DNA from: an uncultured Clostridia bacterium
Lineage (GTDB): Bacteria > Bacillota > Clostridia > TANB77 > CAG-508
DNA: 64,000 nt
Reading direction: 5' to 3'
NCBI GenBank assembly: GCA_944391965.1
Contig: CALXVH010000005.1
Coordinates: forward strand, 4,131 to 68,130
In this document: in pieces, positions 19,591-30,852 of the stretch
Layout of the letters: each line of letters begins with the position of its first letter
How positions within the stretch are numbered: position 1 is the stretch's first letter
Program-made: the position numbers and the translations under genes
The notes under the pieces: generated by a model
Told to the model about the DNA's origin: nothing
What the model saw: only the letters and a program-made list of their open reading frames with translations
Databases searched by the model: none

Positions 19591-20112
19591 TTATTCTCCT
19601 TCTAGCACAGCTTTTACTTCTTCTCTTTCTCTACATTCTATTGGTATAAATATTGATGCTTTTTTATTTTGTGTTAATGCTGCAATTATAATATCATTAT
19701 CTCGTAACAATCTTTCACTTGCATATTTTACTATTATTCCCTTATTTTTTACTGCTTCTAGTACTACCTCTTTGTCATCTCGAAGTTCTTTACTTGCATA
19801 ATATAATACTTGACCATCTATTTTACATCCCTCTAAAATTACTTCTTTGTCTGCTTTTAGTTCTTCTGATGCGTAACATACAACCCAACCAACTTCCTTT
19901 ACTGCTGTAAGTACAACGTCTTTATCATCTTTTAATCTATCACTTGCAAATTCTAGAACTTCACCATTTCTTTTAATAGCTTCTAGCATTACTTCTTTAT
20001 CATCTCTAAGTTCGTCACTTGCAAATTCAATTAAAGTTGGCGTTTCTTCTATCGCTTTTAACACGAACTCTCTATCATTAGAATTTTCTATTACATCATC
20101 TTTGCTAATCAT
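19591..20112 (-). CDS. DUF4116 repeat protein
   Basis: Repeats of the ASDELRDDKEVMLEAIK type. Confidence 0.85.
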   Translation of the reverse strand: MISKDDVIENSNDREFVLKAIEETPTLIEFASDELRDDKEVMLEAIKRNGEVLEFASDRLKDDKDVVLTAVKEVGWVVCYASEELKADKEVILEGCKIDGQVLYYASKELRDDKEVVLEAVKNKGIIVKYASERLLRDNDIIIAALTQNKKASIFIPIECREREEVKAVLEGE

Positions 20113-22450
20113 TTTGTAACCTCTTTTCTATTACTTTAAAAATTCTATTAGCTATAAAATTATAAATTACACCTACAAATATTGATGTTATCCCTAAAAT
20201 AATTATTGGAACGATATTACTTGCGTCTAATCTTATAGAGAATAAATCTCTAAATAAACTTATACCTAATGTAAATATTGTAACAACTCCTATAAATAAT
20301 ATAGATCTACTAAAATTAAATGGTCTAGATATTTTAAATAATAAAATAAATCCAGTTATTGCTGTTACTACAACACATACACTTGAATAATTTAATTCGT
20401 CTAAATTATATATACTACTAATTATTCCTATAATAATTATATTTGTAACTACTGTCAATGCAGTAGGTAATGCTCTTTTTATTACATTTATTATAAATTT
20501 TCCTTTTATTCTTTCTTTATTAGGCTCTAATGCTAAAACTACTGAAGGGATTCCCGTTACAACTAAATTTATTAAAGTTAATTGAATTGGAATAAATGGA
20601 TATGGCATATTTATAAATACAAATAAGACTGCAAGTATAGTTGCATATATTGTTTTTACTAAAAATAATGTGGCAGATCTTTGTATATTATTTATTGTCC
20701 TTCGTCCTTCATCTACAATATTAGGCATAGATTTAAAATCTGAATCCATTAATACTAATTGTGATACATTTCTTGCTGCATCACTTCCGTTTGCAACAGA
20801 TATACTACAATCCGCATTTTTTAATGCTAATACATCATTTACTCCATCACCAGTCATTGCAACTGTATGTTTTTCTGCTTTTAAGGCAAGTATAATTTCT
20901 TTCTTTTGTTCTGGTGTAACTCTTCCAAAGATAGTATATTTAGTAGCTGCTTCTCTTAATTCCTCTATAGTTTTAAAAGTCCTTGCATCTATATAATTTT
21001 CATAATCTTTTACTCCTGCCTTTTTAGCTATATTAGAAACTGTTATTGGATTATCTCCAGAAATTAGTTTTATAGCTACTCCTTGTTTATCAAAATATTC
21101 TAATATCTCTTTAGAATTTTTACGAATAACATCTGATATTAATATATAACCAACAATTTCTATATTAGATGGTAATTTATCTTCTATTTTTTCTTTACTT
21201 CTGCCTATAGTCACAACCCTATATTCTGAAATATATTTTTCTATATCTTTAGGAGTATTCCCTATTACCTCTGGTGCACCTAATACATATGTGATATCTT
21301 CAAAACTAATACCAGACCATTTATTAGCTGATTTAAATGGCATTCTTGCTATAACTTTTAATTCTTTATTAGATATAAATTTTTCTCTTACTGCTTCTAT
21401 TGTAGAGTTCTTATCTTCTGAATACTTTCCTAAAATTCCAAGGATTTCTTTTAATTCATTTTCTGTACAATCATTATATGGAATCATCTTATCAACAGTC
21501 ATTCTTCCTTCTGTAATAGTTCCCGTTTTATCAAGACATAACACATCTACTCTAGCTAATGTTTCTATACAATATAATTCTTGAACTAAAACTTTTTTCT
21601 TAGCAAGTCTAGTTACACTTACTGCTAGCACTGTACTTGTTAATAACACCAATCCCTCTGGTATCATACCTATTAAAGCTGCAACTGTACTTACAATTGC
21701 TTGTTTAAAATCATTTCCTTGTAAATCTAACTGATTAAAGAATAATAATATTCCAACTGGAATTATTACTAAAGAAATTATTTTTATTATTTTATTTAAA
21801 GAATTCATTATTTCAGAATTTACTTTTCGTTTTTGCTTTGCTTCATGAGATATCTGAGCTACATAGTTTTCCTTTCCAATGTGTTCTACTTTTGCAAAAC
21901 ATTTTCCACTAACTAAGTAACTTCCAGATAATAATTTATCTCCTTTTTTCTTTTCTATATTATCTGGTTCTCCTGTTAAAAGCGACTCATTTACTTCTAT
22001 TTCTCCACTTAGAATAATACTATCTGTTGGTATCTGATTTCCTGCATTTAATTCTATAACATCATCTAATACAAGTTCAAAATTACTTATTTCTTCTGTT
22101 TTTCCTTCTCTTATTACTTTTGTTTTGGTCTGAGCTAAAAACGAAAGTTTATCTATTGTTCTTTTTGAGTGTATTTCTTGAATTGTACTAATTAATGTGT
22201 TTAAAATTACAATTATTATAAATAGTAAATTTTTATATGCACCTACAAAAAATATTAATAAAGCTAAAACAAAATTCATTATATTAAATAATGTAAAAAA
22301 ATTTGAAATAATAATTGATCTTATACTTTTTGTTTTTACTGTTGTATCAACATTAATTAATTTTTCTTCTTTTCTTTTATTTACCTGTTCATAATTTAAA
22401 CCTGTCTTATAATCTGGATTATATCTTTGCACTTTTTTCACTCTTTTCAA
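20105..22450 (-). CDS. Cation-translocating P-type ATPase
   Basis: ESLLTGE, IPEGL, DKTGT, ISGDN, TGDGVND. Confidence 0.93.
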   Translation of the reverse strand: MKRVKKVQRYNPDYKTGLNYEQVNKRKEEKLINVDTTVKTKSIRSIIISNFFTLFNIMNFVLALLIFFVGAYKNLLFIIIVILNTLISTIQEIHSKRTIDKLSFLAQTKTKVIREGKTEEISNFELVLDDVIELNAGNQIPTDSIILSGEIEVNESLLTGEPDNIEKKKGDKLLSGSYLVSGKCFAKVEHIGKENYVAQISHEAKQKRKVNSEIMNSLNKIIKIISLVIIPVGILLFFNQLDLQGNDFKQAIVSTVAALIGMIPEGLVLLTSTVLAVSVTRLAKKKVLVQELYCIETLARVDVLCLDKTGTITEGRMTVDKMIPYNDCTENELKEILGILGKYSEDKNSTIEAVREKFISNKELKVIARMPFKSANKWSGISFEDITYVLGAPEVIGNTPKDIEKYISEYRVVTIGRSKEKIEDKLPSNIEIVGYILISDVIRKNSKEILEYFDKQGVAIKLISGDNPITVSNIAKKAGVKDYENYIDARTFKTIEELREAATKYTIFGRVTPEQKKEIILALKAEKHTVAMTGDGVNDVLALKNADCSISVANGSDAARNVSQLVLMDSDFKSMPNIVDEGRRTINNIQRSATLFLVKTIYATILAVLFVFINMPYPFIPIQLTLINLVVTGIPSVVLALEPNKERIKGKFIINVIKRALPTALTVVTNIIIIGIISSIYNLDELNYSSVCVVVTAITGFILLFKISRPFNFSRSILFIGVVTIFTLGISLFRDLFSIRLDASNIVPIIILGITSIFVGVIYNFIANRIFKVIEKRLQND

Positions 22451-22533
22451 TTTTTTTACAAATTATATCATGTCATTATATCTATATCAATTTAGATTTT
22501 CTTAATTTTTATAATATTATAATTTTATAAAAC

Positions 22534-22578
22534 ACAAAAGACCCCCGACATCGCTTTCGCAACATCTGGGGGTTTTTT
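22534..22578 (-). terminator. GC-rich intrinsic terminator
   Basis: ACCCCCGACATCGC-TTTC-GCAACATCTGGGGGT flanked by A/T runs. Confidence 0.7.
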
Positions 22579-22581
22579 GCT

Positions 22582-23019
22582 TTACTCTTCTACATTTATG
22601 ACAGCTGTTACTTTATCACCTAACATAATAGCGTCAAAAATATAAACATTGCCATAATGTAATATTTCACCATCCATAATATAAAGTCTTAATTGCCGCT
22701 CTACCGGATTTTTTATCTCATTTGTTTCAAAATCCAGCTCTCCGGCTTCAAAGCCTTTAATATACATTGGTTGTGTCGGAACAGGCTTTGTCTTACTCCA
22801 CCCCATAACAATTTTTTTATTTGTTTTATTATGAATTTGATACGAGATATAGTAAGTTCCTTCTCCGTCTTCTAACAAATTTACACCATCTGTTAGATGG
22901 ATTGTTTTGATTGTTGAAATCATATGACGTTCCCGTTGGTTATTAATTCCAACTGTTGTAATCAGCATATGTTTCCCTACATTTTCATCCGTATAGCACA
23001 TTTGTGCTTTTTCTCTCAT
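22582..23019 (-). CDS. Hypothetical protein
   Basis: RBS AAGGAGG, 145 aa, own terminator; no family recognised. Confidence 0.7.
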   Translation of the reverse strand: MREKAQMCYTDENVGKHMLITTVGINNQRERHMISTIKTIHLTDGVNLLEDGEGTYYISYQIHNKTNKKIVMGWSKTKPVPTQPMYIKGFEAGELDFETNEIKNPVERQLRLYIMDGEILHYGNVYIFDAIMLGDKVTAVINVEE

Positions 23020-23171
23020 AACTTATACCTCCTTGGTTTTTATAGGCTTTTATTATATCACAATTTTTGTTATTGGTAAACTATTGTTTTGCATTATGTT
23101 TACCTTTTTCTGCTTTTGTAGTATAATTAAGGTATGCCATTTGGTAAAGTATAAGAAAGGGAGGTATATAA

Positions 23172-23928
23172 ATGGCAAATACAAATAACATTACTCGGAT
23201 TTCTATATCTGAGGAAACTGAATTAGTTTTAAGAATCTGCAATGTATTAAATGCATTGGCTAATCCGACAGAGAAGAACGGATTTAAGTTCACACATCTC
23301 GAATCGAAGATTAATTATTTCTGTATACAGATGCAGAAACTCATACGCTGCTTTCGAAGTTTCGTTTGAGATTAATTCTTTACTGGATGATACTTTCTTT
23401 GCCTGTGCAAACAGCATGTTTAGAAAATGTATTCTTTTTTTCGATTATGATAAATCTGCTAAAAATTTAATCATTTCAATCGAAAACAATTATACAGCAA
23501 AAATTAGCAATATCATTCAGACAGAAGAATTAACATGTGAAAGAAGCAGTTGCATTCTTCCATTGCGGAAACCTTTTCCGGAATTAATTATGATTATCGA
23601 CATATTTAATTCTGTAAAAATCAAAAGGATTTTAACCGTAAACAAAAAAGTGTTACACATATCTGCAATCGGAAAAAATACAACTATATCTGCCAAAATG
23701 CATGTCGTACATTCAGATACTACTTCTGATTTGGCTTTCTTTTGCTCAAAGTTTAATTATTTGAGCGCTCAAGGAATTGCCTCTTTCAGATTTAACGTGA
23801 TGAGTCTAAGTTCTGAGTCACCAGAATTGCTGGAAATAACAATAATTCCACCTAGTGATAAAGAGCAAAAAACTAAATACGAAAAAACGATGGAGCTTAT
23901 TAGTTCTATTTCTCCATTTAATTCGTAA
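23172..23928 (+). pseudogene. Hypothetical protein, probably one gene split by a +1 frameshift (ORFs 23172..23369 and 23251..23928)
   Basis: Strong RBS GGGAGG only before 23172; the two frames overlap; a terminator follows 23928. Confidence 0.5.
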
Positions 23929-24003
23929 TACCTTCCACTGCTAAGCCCTCTCACACATTCAAATGTATGAGAGGGCTTAGTTTTTAGCTTTATTTTCTTT
24001 ACA

Positions 24004-24909
24004 TTATATTGAAAGCGTTATTAATCCTACCAAGATTAATCCAATTAATATCCATTGTTTTTTCTTTAATTTTTCTTTTAAGAAAATTCTTGACAATATA
24101 ACTGTTACAATACTATATGCTGCAATAAATGGTGAAGCTATAGCTGCATCGCCAAATGCAAAAGCATAAATATATGTATATTGTCCTGCTGTTTCTACTA
24201 ATGTTCCAAGTAATTTTAATTTATTATCCTTAATTTTTATAAATTTATAATCTCTTTCTTTATATTTTACTATTATTGCACAAATAATTCCGATAACTCC
24301 ATATATTAATGAATATGCTATAATTACTTGTTCTGCTGATAAATCTGCTTCTAAAGTATAATCATCCATAAATGAACCTATACCATCTAATAACCAATAT
24401 CCTAAAGCAAATGCTATACCTTTTAAATATAATAGATATGCTCTTTTTGCATTTCTTTCATCTGCTTCTTTATCTCCTGATTCTAGCCTTAATACTTCAT
24501 CTTTATTTATTGATAATAAAATCATAGCTATTATAATTACTACAATTGCTATTATTTGTGGAATTCCAACTTCTTGTTTTAATAATACTATACAAAGTAT
24601 TGTAGTTATTGCACATGATGAATTCTGCAATGGTGATAAAATTGAAACTTTTACTAAAGTCATTGCCTTATATGTACAAAACATTGATACAATATATATT
24701 AATGCTATTGGTAAATAAGTTTTTATTATTTCTAAATTCATCTGTGTTCTTGTTATAAGCATAAAGATTAATGCACATATTCCTAACATTATTCCATTGT
24801 ATGAAATTAATTTTAATACACTATGTTTTTCTATTGTAGAAACTTTTTTAAATATAGTTTCCGATGTTCCCCATAATAATACTGTTATTGTTGCAAATAG
24901 TAGCCACAT
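24004..24909 (-). CDS. EamA/DMT family transporter
   Basis: About ten TM segments; ASPFIAAYSIVTVILSRIFLKEKL. Confidence 0.88.
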   Translation of the reverse strand: MWLLFATITVLLWGTSETIFKKVSTIEKHSVLKLISYNGIMLGICALIFMLITRTQMNLEIIKTYLPIALIYIVSMFCTYKAMTLVKVSILSPLQNSSCAITTILCIVLLKQEVGIPQIIAIVVIIIAMILLSINKDEVLRLESGDKEADERNAKRAYLLYLKGIAFALGYWLLDGIGSFMDDYTLEADLSAEQVIIAYSLIYGVIGIICAIIVKYKERDYKFIKIKDNKLKLLGTLVETAGQYTYIYAFAFGDAAIASPFIAAYSIVTVILSRIFLKEKLKKKQWILIGLILVGLITLSI

Positions 24910-25115
24910 AATTTTTCCCCCTTAATATTTAGTTATTCTTTTTATATTCTAAATAACATAATTATGGGCTATTTATTTTTACTAATCCCCTCACTTATCC
25001 ATCTCCTTTTAATACGCTAAAATTATATTATCAAAATGGCCAAGTGTCAAATTTAGTCTAATTACAGCAAAAGAGGTACTTATAGTATAAGTACCTCTCT
25101 TTAATTTTGGAATGC

Positions 25116-26459
25116 CTAACTAGAATGTCTAATCTTATTTTCGAATATCTTAAACGCTTCTCCTCTCTTTAGTATTTGCACATTTAATCCATTTCTTTTT
25201 TGAGCTTCTTCCTGAAGTTCTTTTTTACTTTCACTCTCTCCATGTCCTAAAAAAACTGCATTAATATCCAGAAATCCTTCTATTAGCTCTTTAAATTCAT
25301 CTATATAATAATGAGCTGAGAATTCTTCTGTGTGATATGCTGTTGCCTCTTTTCTATATTCCTTACCACAATATTTAATAATTGTGCCTCTAGGCACCAT
25401 TAACCTTTCAGCCAAAGAACCTTTATACATGTGATTTACAAAGAAAATAGCCCAATTACTTTTTGTTATCACATTCGGAAAATAATATGTAAATGCTCCA
25501 TAATTAGCCACAACGATAATTTTTTGACGTTTATCATATAATGCTGTTTTTCTTGCATTACCATTATTTACCAAATTAAAATTAAAAGGCAGTACATTTA
25601 AATTTAATTTACTTAAATCAAATGCCTTCTTTACCTCCAAATAAATTGGAATCTCTGAGGATATTTTTCCTGCTTCTTGCATTGTCCTAATTGCATAAAG
25701 TACATCTTCATATCTTTCGCTTCCAGTAGAAGAACATAATATTGATTTTCCCTCATATAGGCTTTTTTCTAGATCCTTTTTAAAATGAGCTACAGGTTTT
25801 TTCTTAGTTCCATTTGTTGCTTCTGTAACTATAGTAATTCTTTCTTTATATTTTTTAGTACTAGGAAAATACGATTTTCCTAAAATACTTCTTTTCTTAT
25901 AGTCACCTGTTATTAATATTCTTATTTTATGTTCTTCATATTTAAAAGTTATCAGGTACATAACAGCACCTTTAGTATGTGCATTTTTATATGCAACAAT
26001 TTCAACATTATCATCAATTTTGATTGTTTCTTCTAATTTTATTGAATTACAACCATTGATTACTGATATTGCGTCCTTTTCCTCATGTTTTGGTTCTTCA
26101 TTGTTTTTCATAGTAAAAAAATAATTTTTTATTGCTTCACTTTTTATTACTTGTACTGCATATTCAGATGCAAAAACCTTTCCTTTATAACCTTGATTAT
26201 AAAATCCTGCTAACCGTCCCATATGGTCTACATGTTCATGTGTTATAAATACTGCATGAATATTAGCTGGTTTACACGGAAAATCCTTGTTATATTTCTT
26301 ATTTTCATTATCTAAAAAAGTTCCGCAATCAAAGACTAACTCTGGTTCTTTTTTTCCATTTGGAAAGTTCGGTTTTAAATAAATTAAAGATCCAGTTACT
26401 GTAGAGCTGGCTGATTCTAACCGCACCCAAAAATTTTTTAATGTATTCTTTTTTCCCAT
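25116..26459 (-). CDS. Metallo-beta-lactamase / beta-CASP nuclease-like protein
   Basis: FDCG, THEHVDH, AH, ITGD, EATNG, FSAH, GHGE. Confidence 0.8.
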   Translation of the reverse strand: MGKKNTLKNFWVRLESASSTVTGSLIYLKPNFPNGKKEPELVFDCGTFLDNENKKYNKDFPCKPANIHAVFITHEHVDHMGRLAGFYNQGYKGKVFASEYAVQVIKSEAIKNYFFTMKNNEEPKHEEKDAISVINGCNSIKLEETIKIDDNVEIVAYKNAHTKGAVMYLITFKYEEHKIRILITGDYKKRSILGKSYFPSTKKYKERITIVTEATNGTKKKPVAHFKKDLEKSLYEGKSILCSSTGSERYEDVLYAIRTMQEAGKISSEIPIYLEVKKAFDLSKLNLNVLPFNFNLVNNGNARKTALYDKRQKIIVVANYGAFTYYFPNVITKSNWAIFFVNHMYKGSLAERLMVPRGTIIKYCGKEYRKEATAYHTEEFSAHYYIDEFKELIEGFLDINAVFLGHGESESKKELQEEAQKRNGLNVQILKRGEAFKIFENKIRHSS

Positions 26460-26572
26460 ATTGTTATCTACATTAAATTTTATTCGACTTGTATTTTTTT
26501 ATATATTATCATAATTAATTAAAATGTCAAAAAATAAGCTTCCATTTCTGGAAGCTTACTATATATTATCAT

Positions 26573-27388
26573 TTAAGCTGATTTTAATTCAAGTCTTAGC
26601 TTATCAGCTATCATTGCAATAAATTCACTATTTGTAGGTTTGCCTTTTGTAGCAGATACAGTATATCCAAATATATTTTCTACTTCATCTGCTTTTCCTC
26701 TACTCCATGCGACTTCTATTGCATGACGAATTGCACGTTCTACTCTACTTGGAGTTGTATGAAATTTCTTAGCTATGTCGGGATATAATTGTTTTGTTAT
26801 TTGATTTATTACTTCTATATCATTTACTACCATCATAATTGCTTCTCTTAAATATTGATATCCTTTTATATGTGCTGGTACTCCTACTTCATGTATTAAA
26901 TTTGTTACCAAAGCCTCTAAATTTCTTTCATCTTTCTTGTTTTCTGGAGATATGTCTATGTATTGTGGTTTGCTTTCTCTTGCAATAAAATTGTTATTTT
27001 GACTAGGTTGATAATATTTTAAATCTCTTATTCTTTTTATTAATAATTCTATATCAAATGGTTTTACAACATAATATTGTGCACCTAATGATATAGCCTT
27101 TTGAGTAATTTTATCTTGACCTACTGCAGATAACATTATACTTATTGGTTTTTTAGTCATTGTAGTTTCATTAAGCTTTTCTAAAACTCCTATTCCATCT
27201 AGATGTGGCATTATTACATCTAATAATAAAATATCTGGATGAGTTCCTTTAATAATTTCAAAAGCTTCATTACCATCCTTTGCAATACCTACAACTTCAA
27301 TATCTTCCATTTTTTCTAAATATGCTGATAAAGTCCTTGTAAAATCAATATTATCATCAGCAATTAATATAGTAATTTTTTCTTTCAA
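26573..27388 (-). CDS. spo0A: Sporulation master regulator Spo0A
   Basis: Receiver domain ([11 protein letters not shown]); [43 protein letters not shown]. Confidence 0.97.
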   Translation of the reverse strand: MKEKITILIADDNIDFTRTLSAYLEKMEDIEVVGIAKDGNEAFEIIKGTHPDILLLDVIMPHLDGIGVLEKLNETTMTKKPISIMLSAVGQDKITQKAISLGAQYYVVKPFDIELLIKRIRDLKYYQPSQNNNFIARESKPQYIDISPENKKDERNLEALVTNLIHEVGVPAHIKGYQYLREAIMMVVNDIEVINQITKQLYPDIAKKFHTTPSRVERAIRHAIEVAWSRGKADEVENIFGYTVSATKGKPTNSEFIAMIADKLRLELKSA

Positions 27389-27535
27389 TTTTCTTCCCCC
27401 TACTGTTAAAATTTGTAAATTTTTTACAATTCAAATTATATTCTCTTTTTCCATTTTTTGCAAGTACTTTTTGGAAATTTTTTCAAGTTCAGTTGGAAGA
27501 TTTTGTATTTTTCTAGAAAAAATCACTATTTCGTA

Positions 27536-28153
27536 TTATATAAATTTTTCTTGTATAATCTTATAATTTAAATAATCAAAATTTAACTTTTCTTTGTTTT
27601 CAAATATCTCTTTTTCTTCTTTTTTAAACTCTAATTCCACAATAACATTTTCCAAATAATCTACATTTATAATACTTATCTCTTTTTTCTTACAAAAATA
27701 TTTTAACTTTTCTAACTCTTTATATTCTACTTCTATTTTTGCAATATAACCTTCTTTTTTTACTATTATATTACTTTTTTCTATTACATCCTGTGTACTT
27801 TGCGAATATGCTCTTACTAATCCACCTGTTCCTAGCAATATTCCACCAAAATACCTTGTTACTACAACTAATACATTACATAAATTCTCTTTCTTTAATA
27901 TATTAAGCATTGGCGCTCCAGCTGTACCAGATGGCTCTCCATCATCACTACTTCTATCTATTACATTTTCTCCATTAAGCACTCTATATGCATAACAATT
28001 ATGTCTTGCATCATGATACTTTTTTCGTACCTGTTCCAGCTTACTTTCCGCCTCTTCTATTGTACTAACATAAAATATATTTGCTATAAATTTTGATTTT
28101 TTCTCTACTAATTCACTTGTTTCTTGTTTTTCTATAGTATTAAATTCTTTCAT
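27536..28153 (-). CDS. yigZ: YigZ/IMPACT family protein
   Basis: KKSKFIA, ARHNCYAY, SDDGEPSGTAG, RYFGGILLGTGGLVRAY. Confidence 0.92.
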   Translation of the reverse strand: MKEFNTIEKQETSELVEKKSKFIANIFYVSTIEEAESKLEQVRKKYHDARHNCYAYRVLNGENVIDRSSDDGEPSGTAGAPMLNILKKENLCNVLVVVTRYFGGILLGTGGLVRAYSQSTQDVIEKSNIIVKKEGYIAKIEVEYKELEKLKYFCKKKEISIINVDYLENVIVELEFKKEEKEIFENKEKLNFDYLNYKIIQEKFI

Positions 28154-28164
28154 TTATCCACCCT

Positions 28165-29439
28165 TTAATTACTATTTAAACCTGCTGTATATCCTGTTGA
28201 ATATGCTATCTGTAGATTAAATCCTCCGGTATATGCATCTACATCTATAATTTCTCCTGCAAAGTATAATCCTTTAATAAGTTTTGACTCCATTGTTTTT
28301 GGATTTATTTCTTTTGTACTAATTCCACCTCGTGTAATTATTGCCTCTTCTATTGGTCTAAATCCACTAATTGTAATTTCAAAACATTTTATTACACGAA
28401 CTAAACTTTCTCTTTCCTTTTTAGTTATTTCATTTATTCTTTTTTCTTTTTTGATGTTTGCTTTTTGAATAACAGGTTCTATTATTTTTCTAGGTAATAA
28501 TTCATATAAGCTATTTATAATTTGCTTGTTCTTAAATTTTTCAAAATCTCTAAGTAATCTTAAATTTAATTTTTCTTCGCTTAATGCAGGTTTTAAATCT
28601 ATCTGTAATTTTATATTTCCTTTTTGTAATAGTTCTTCTACATTTTTATATCGTAATATATGTGCAGAACTACTTAATACAGTTGGTCCAGATACCCCAA
28701 AATGTGTAAATAGCAATTCTCCAAAATCTTCATATATTTTCTTATTTTTCTCTGTGTCTACAATTCTCATAGAAATATTTCTTAAAGATAGACCTTGCAT
28801 TTCTTGACATAATTGTAAATCTGCATTTTTTGAAATTAGCGGAACTAGTGAACCATTTATTTTTGTTACAGTATGTCCCAGTTTTTTAGCAATTTTATAT
28901 CCATCACCTGTAGAACCAGTAAGTGGATAACTTTTTCCACCTGTAGCTAATATTACTTTATCAGCAGCTAGCTCCTCTTTATTATTGTTGTTTTTATTTA
29001 TGTAAGTTACTTTACATACAGTATTATCTTCTATTTGAATTTCTTTTACTTCTACCTCAGTATATATTTTTACATTATTTTTTTTCATTTCATTTTCAAA
29101 AGCTTTTAAAACATCCAATGATTTATCAGAAACAGGAAAAATTCTATTACCTCTTTCCTCTTTCACTGGCACATTATTAGTTTTCAACATCATTATTATA
29201 TCTTGATTTGTAAAATTTTTAAAAGCACTATATAAAAATTTACCATTTTCTGGAATATTTTCTATAAATTTATCCATAGGTAAACTACTAGTTATATTAC
29301 ATCTACCTTTTCCAGTAATTAATAATTTTCTTCCGCAAGTTTTCATTTTTTCTAATAAAATAACATCATTGCCTTGTTTTGCAGAGGTTATAGCTGCCAT
29401 CATTCCAGCTGGTCCTCCACCTATTACCACTACTTTCAT
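28165..29439 (-). CDS. HI0933/YhiN family flavoprotein
   Basis: GGGPAGMMAA, GRKLLITGKGRCN, ATGG, GGFNLQIA. Confidence 0.92.
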   Translation of the reverse strand: MKVVVIGGGPAGMMAAITSAKQGNDVILLEKMKTCGRKLLITGKGRCNITSSLPMDKFIENIPENGKFLYSAFKNFTNQDIIMMLKTNNVPVKEERGNRIFPVSDKSLDVLKAFENEMKKNNVKIYTEVEVKEIQIEDNTVCKVTYINKNNNNKEELAADKVILATGGKSYPLTGSTGDGYKIAKKLGHTVTKINGSLVPLISKNADLQLCQEMQGLSLRNISMRIVDTEKNKKIYEDFGELLFTHFGVSGPTVLSSSAHILRYKNVEELLQKGNIKLQIDLKPALSEEKLNLRLLRDFEKFKNKQIINSLYELLPRKIIEPVIQKANIKKEKRINEITKKERESLVRVIKCFEITISGFRPIEEAIITRGGISTKEINPKTMESKLIKGLYFAGEIIDVDAYTGGFNLQIAYSTGYTAGLNSN

Positions 29440-29458
29440 AACTCTTCATCTTTCCTAT

Positions 29459-30712
29459 TTATTTATTTTTTAATAAATTATCTACAGCTTTTAAAACTCC
29501 TAATTTCCCATATTGATATGTTAATGCTCCTTGTTGAAATGCTATATATGGCGGTCTTATTGGACCATCACAAGATAATTCTATTGAAGACCCTTGTGTA
29601 AACGCTCCTGCTGCCATAATTATCTTATCTGCATATCCAGGCATGTCCCATGGCTCTGCTACAGAATCAGAATCTATTGGTGATCCCATTTGGATTCCTT
29701 GACAATATTTTATAAGATCTTCAGGATTTCCAAATTCGATATTTTGTACAATATCTGCTCTTTCCTCATTATACATAGGTTCTGTTTTATAACCAAGAGT
29801 TTCCATTATCTTGCTAGTTAATACAGCTGTTTTTAAGCTACTAGCTACAACACTTGGAGCAAAAAATAGTCCTTCTAAAAATTGTTTATTCACACCTAAT
29901 GTTGGACCTACCTCTTTTCCTTCTCCAGGGGATGTTAATCTTTCTGCAACTAAATTTATTAATTCAGCTTTTCCAACTACATATGCACCATTTGGAGCTA
30001 TTCCTGCACCTAAATTCTTTATTAATGAACCTACTGCAATATCTGCTCCAACTTCTATTGGCTCTTTTTCAGTAACAAATTCACAATAACAATTATCAAC
30101 CATAATTATTACTTTAGAATCTACTTCTCTTATTTTCTTTATTACTTTTTCTAGTTTTTCTATACTAATTGTTTTTCTTGTAGAATAACCTTTTGATCTT
30201 TGAATTTCTATTACTTTTATTTTATTATTTTTTAAAGTATCTTGTATCTTTTCATAATCAAACTCATTATCAATTAAATCAATTTGTGCATAATTTACAC
30301 CAAATGCTTTTAATGAGCTGTTATTTTCCTTTATTCCTATAACTTCATGCAAAGTATCATATGGCTCTCCTGTAATACTTAACAAAGTATCTCCTGGTCT
30401 TAATAATCCAAATAATGTTACAGTTAAAGCATGTGTACCAGAAATAAATTGATTTCTTACTAAACTATCTTCTGCTTTAAAAATTTGTGAATATATTTTT
30501 TCTATTGTTTCTCTTCCTATATCACTATATCCATATCCTGTAGTTGTCCCAAAATGTACTTCTGACAAATGATTATCTTGGAATGCTTTTAATACTTTTA
30601 AGCTATTAATTTCACATATCCTGTCTATTTTACTAAATTCTTCTTTTAATTCAATTTCTGCATTTTTTGCTAATTCTTCTACTTTTTTTGATATTCCTAA
30701 TTCTTGATACAT
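29459..30712 (-). CDS. YnbB-like PLP enzyme (methionine gamma-lyase / aluminium resistance family)
   Basis: ISGTHAL, VDNCYCEF, GSLIKNLG, QGSSIELSCDGP. Confidence 0.88.
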   Translation of the reverse strand: MYQELGISKKVEELAKNAEIELKEEFSKIDRICEINSLKVLKAFQDNHLSEVHFGTTTGYGYSDIGRETIEKIYSQIFKAEDSLVRNQFISGTHALTVTLFGLLRPGDTLLSITGEPYDTLHEVIGIKENNSSLKAFGVNYAQIDLIDNEFDYEKIQDTLKNNKIKVIEIQRSKGYSTRKTISIEKLEKVIKKIREVDSKVIIMVDNCYCEFVTEKEPIEVGADIAVGSLIKNLGAGIAPNGAYVVGKAELINLVAERLTSPGEGKEVGPTLGVNKQFLEGLFFAPSVVASSLKTAVLTSKIMETLGYKTEPMYNEERADIVQNIEFGNPEDLIKYCQGIQMGSPIDSDSVAEPWDMPGYADKIIMAAGAFTQGSSIELSCDGPIRPPYIAFQQGALTYQYGKLGVLKAVDNLLKNK

Positions 30713-30852
30713 TTTCTTACCTCTTCCTAATTTACCTTGATTAAACTTTCTTAGAGTTTTTATTATTCCTATCACTTATAACTTGCAAATCATAATAGGG
30801 CGCTTTTACGCCCTATTATCTTTTGTTAGTTCTTTAATTATATTCTTAGTAA

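Noticed and set aside
23081-23293. 70-aa minus-strand ORF
   Set aside because: Antisense to the RBS-supported ORF at 23172 and overlaps its promoter region.
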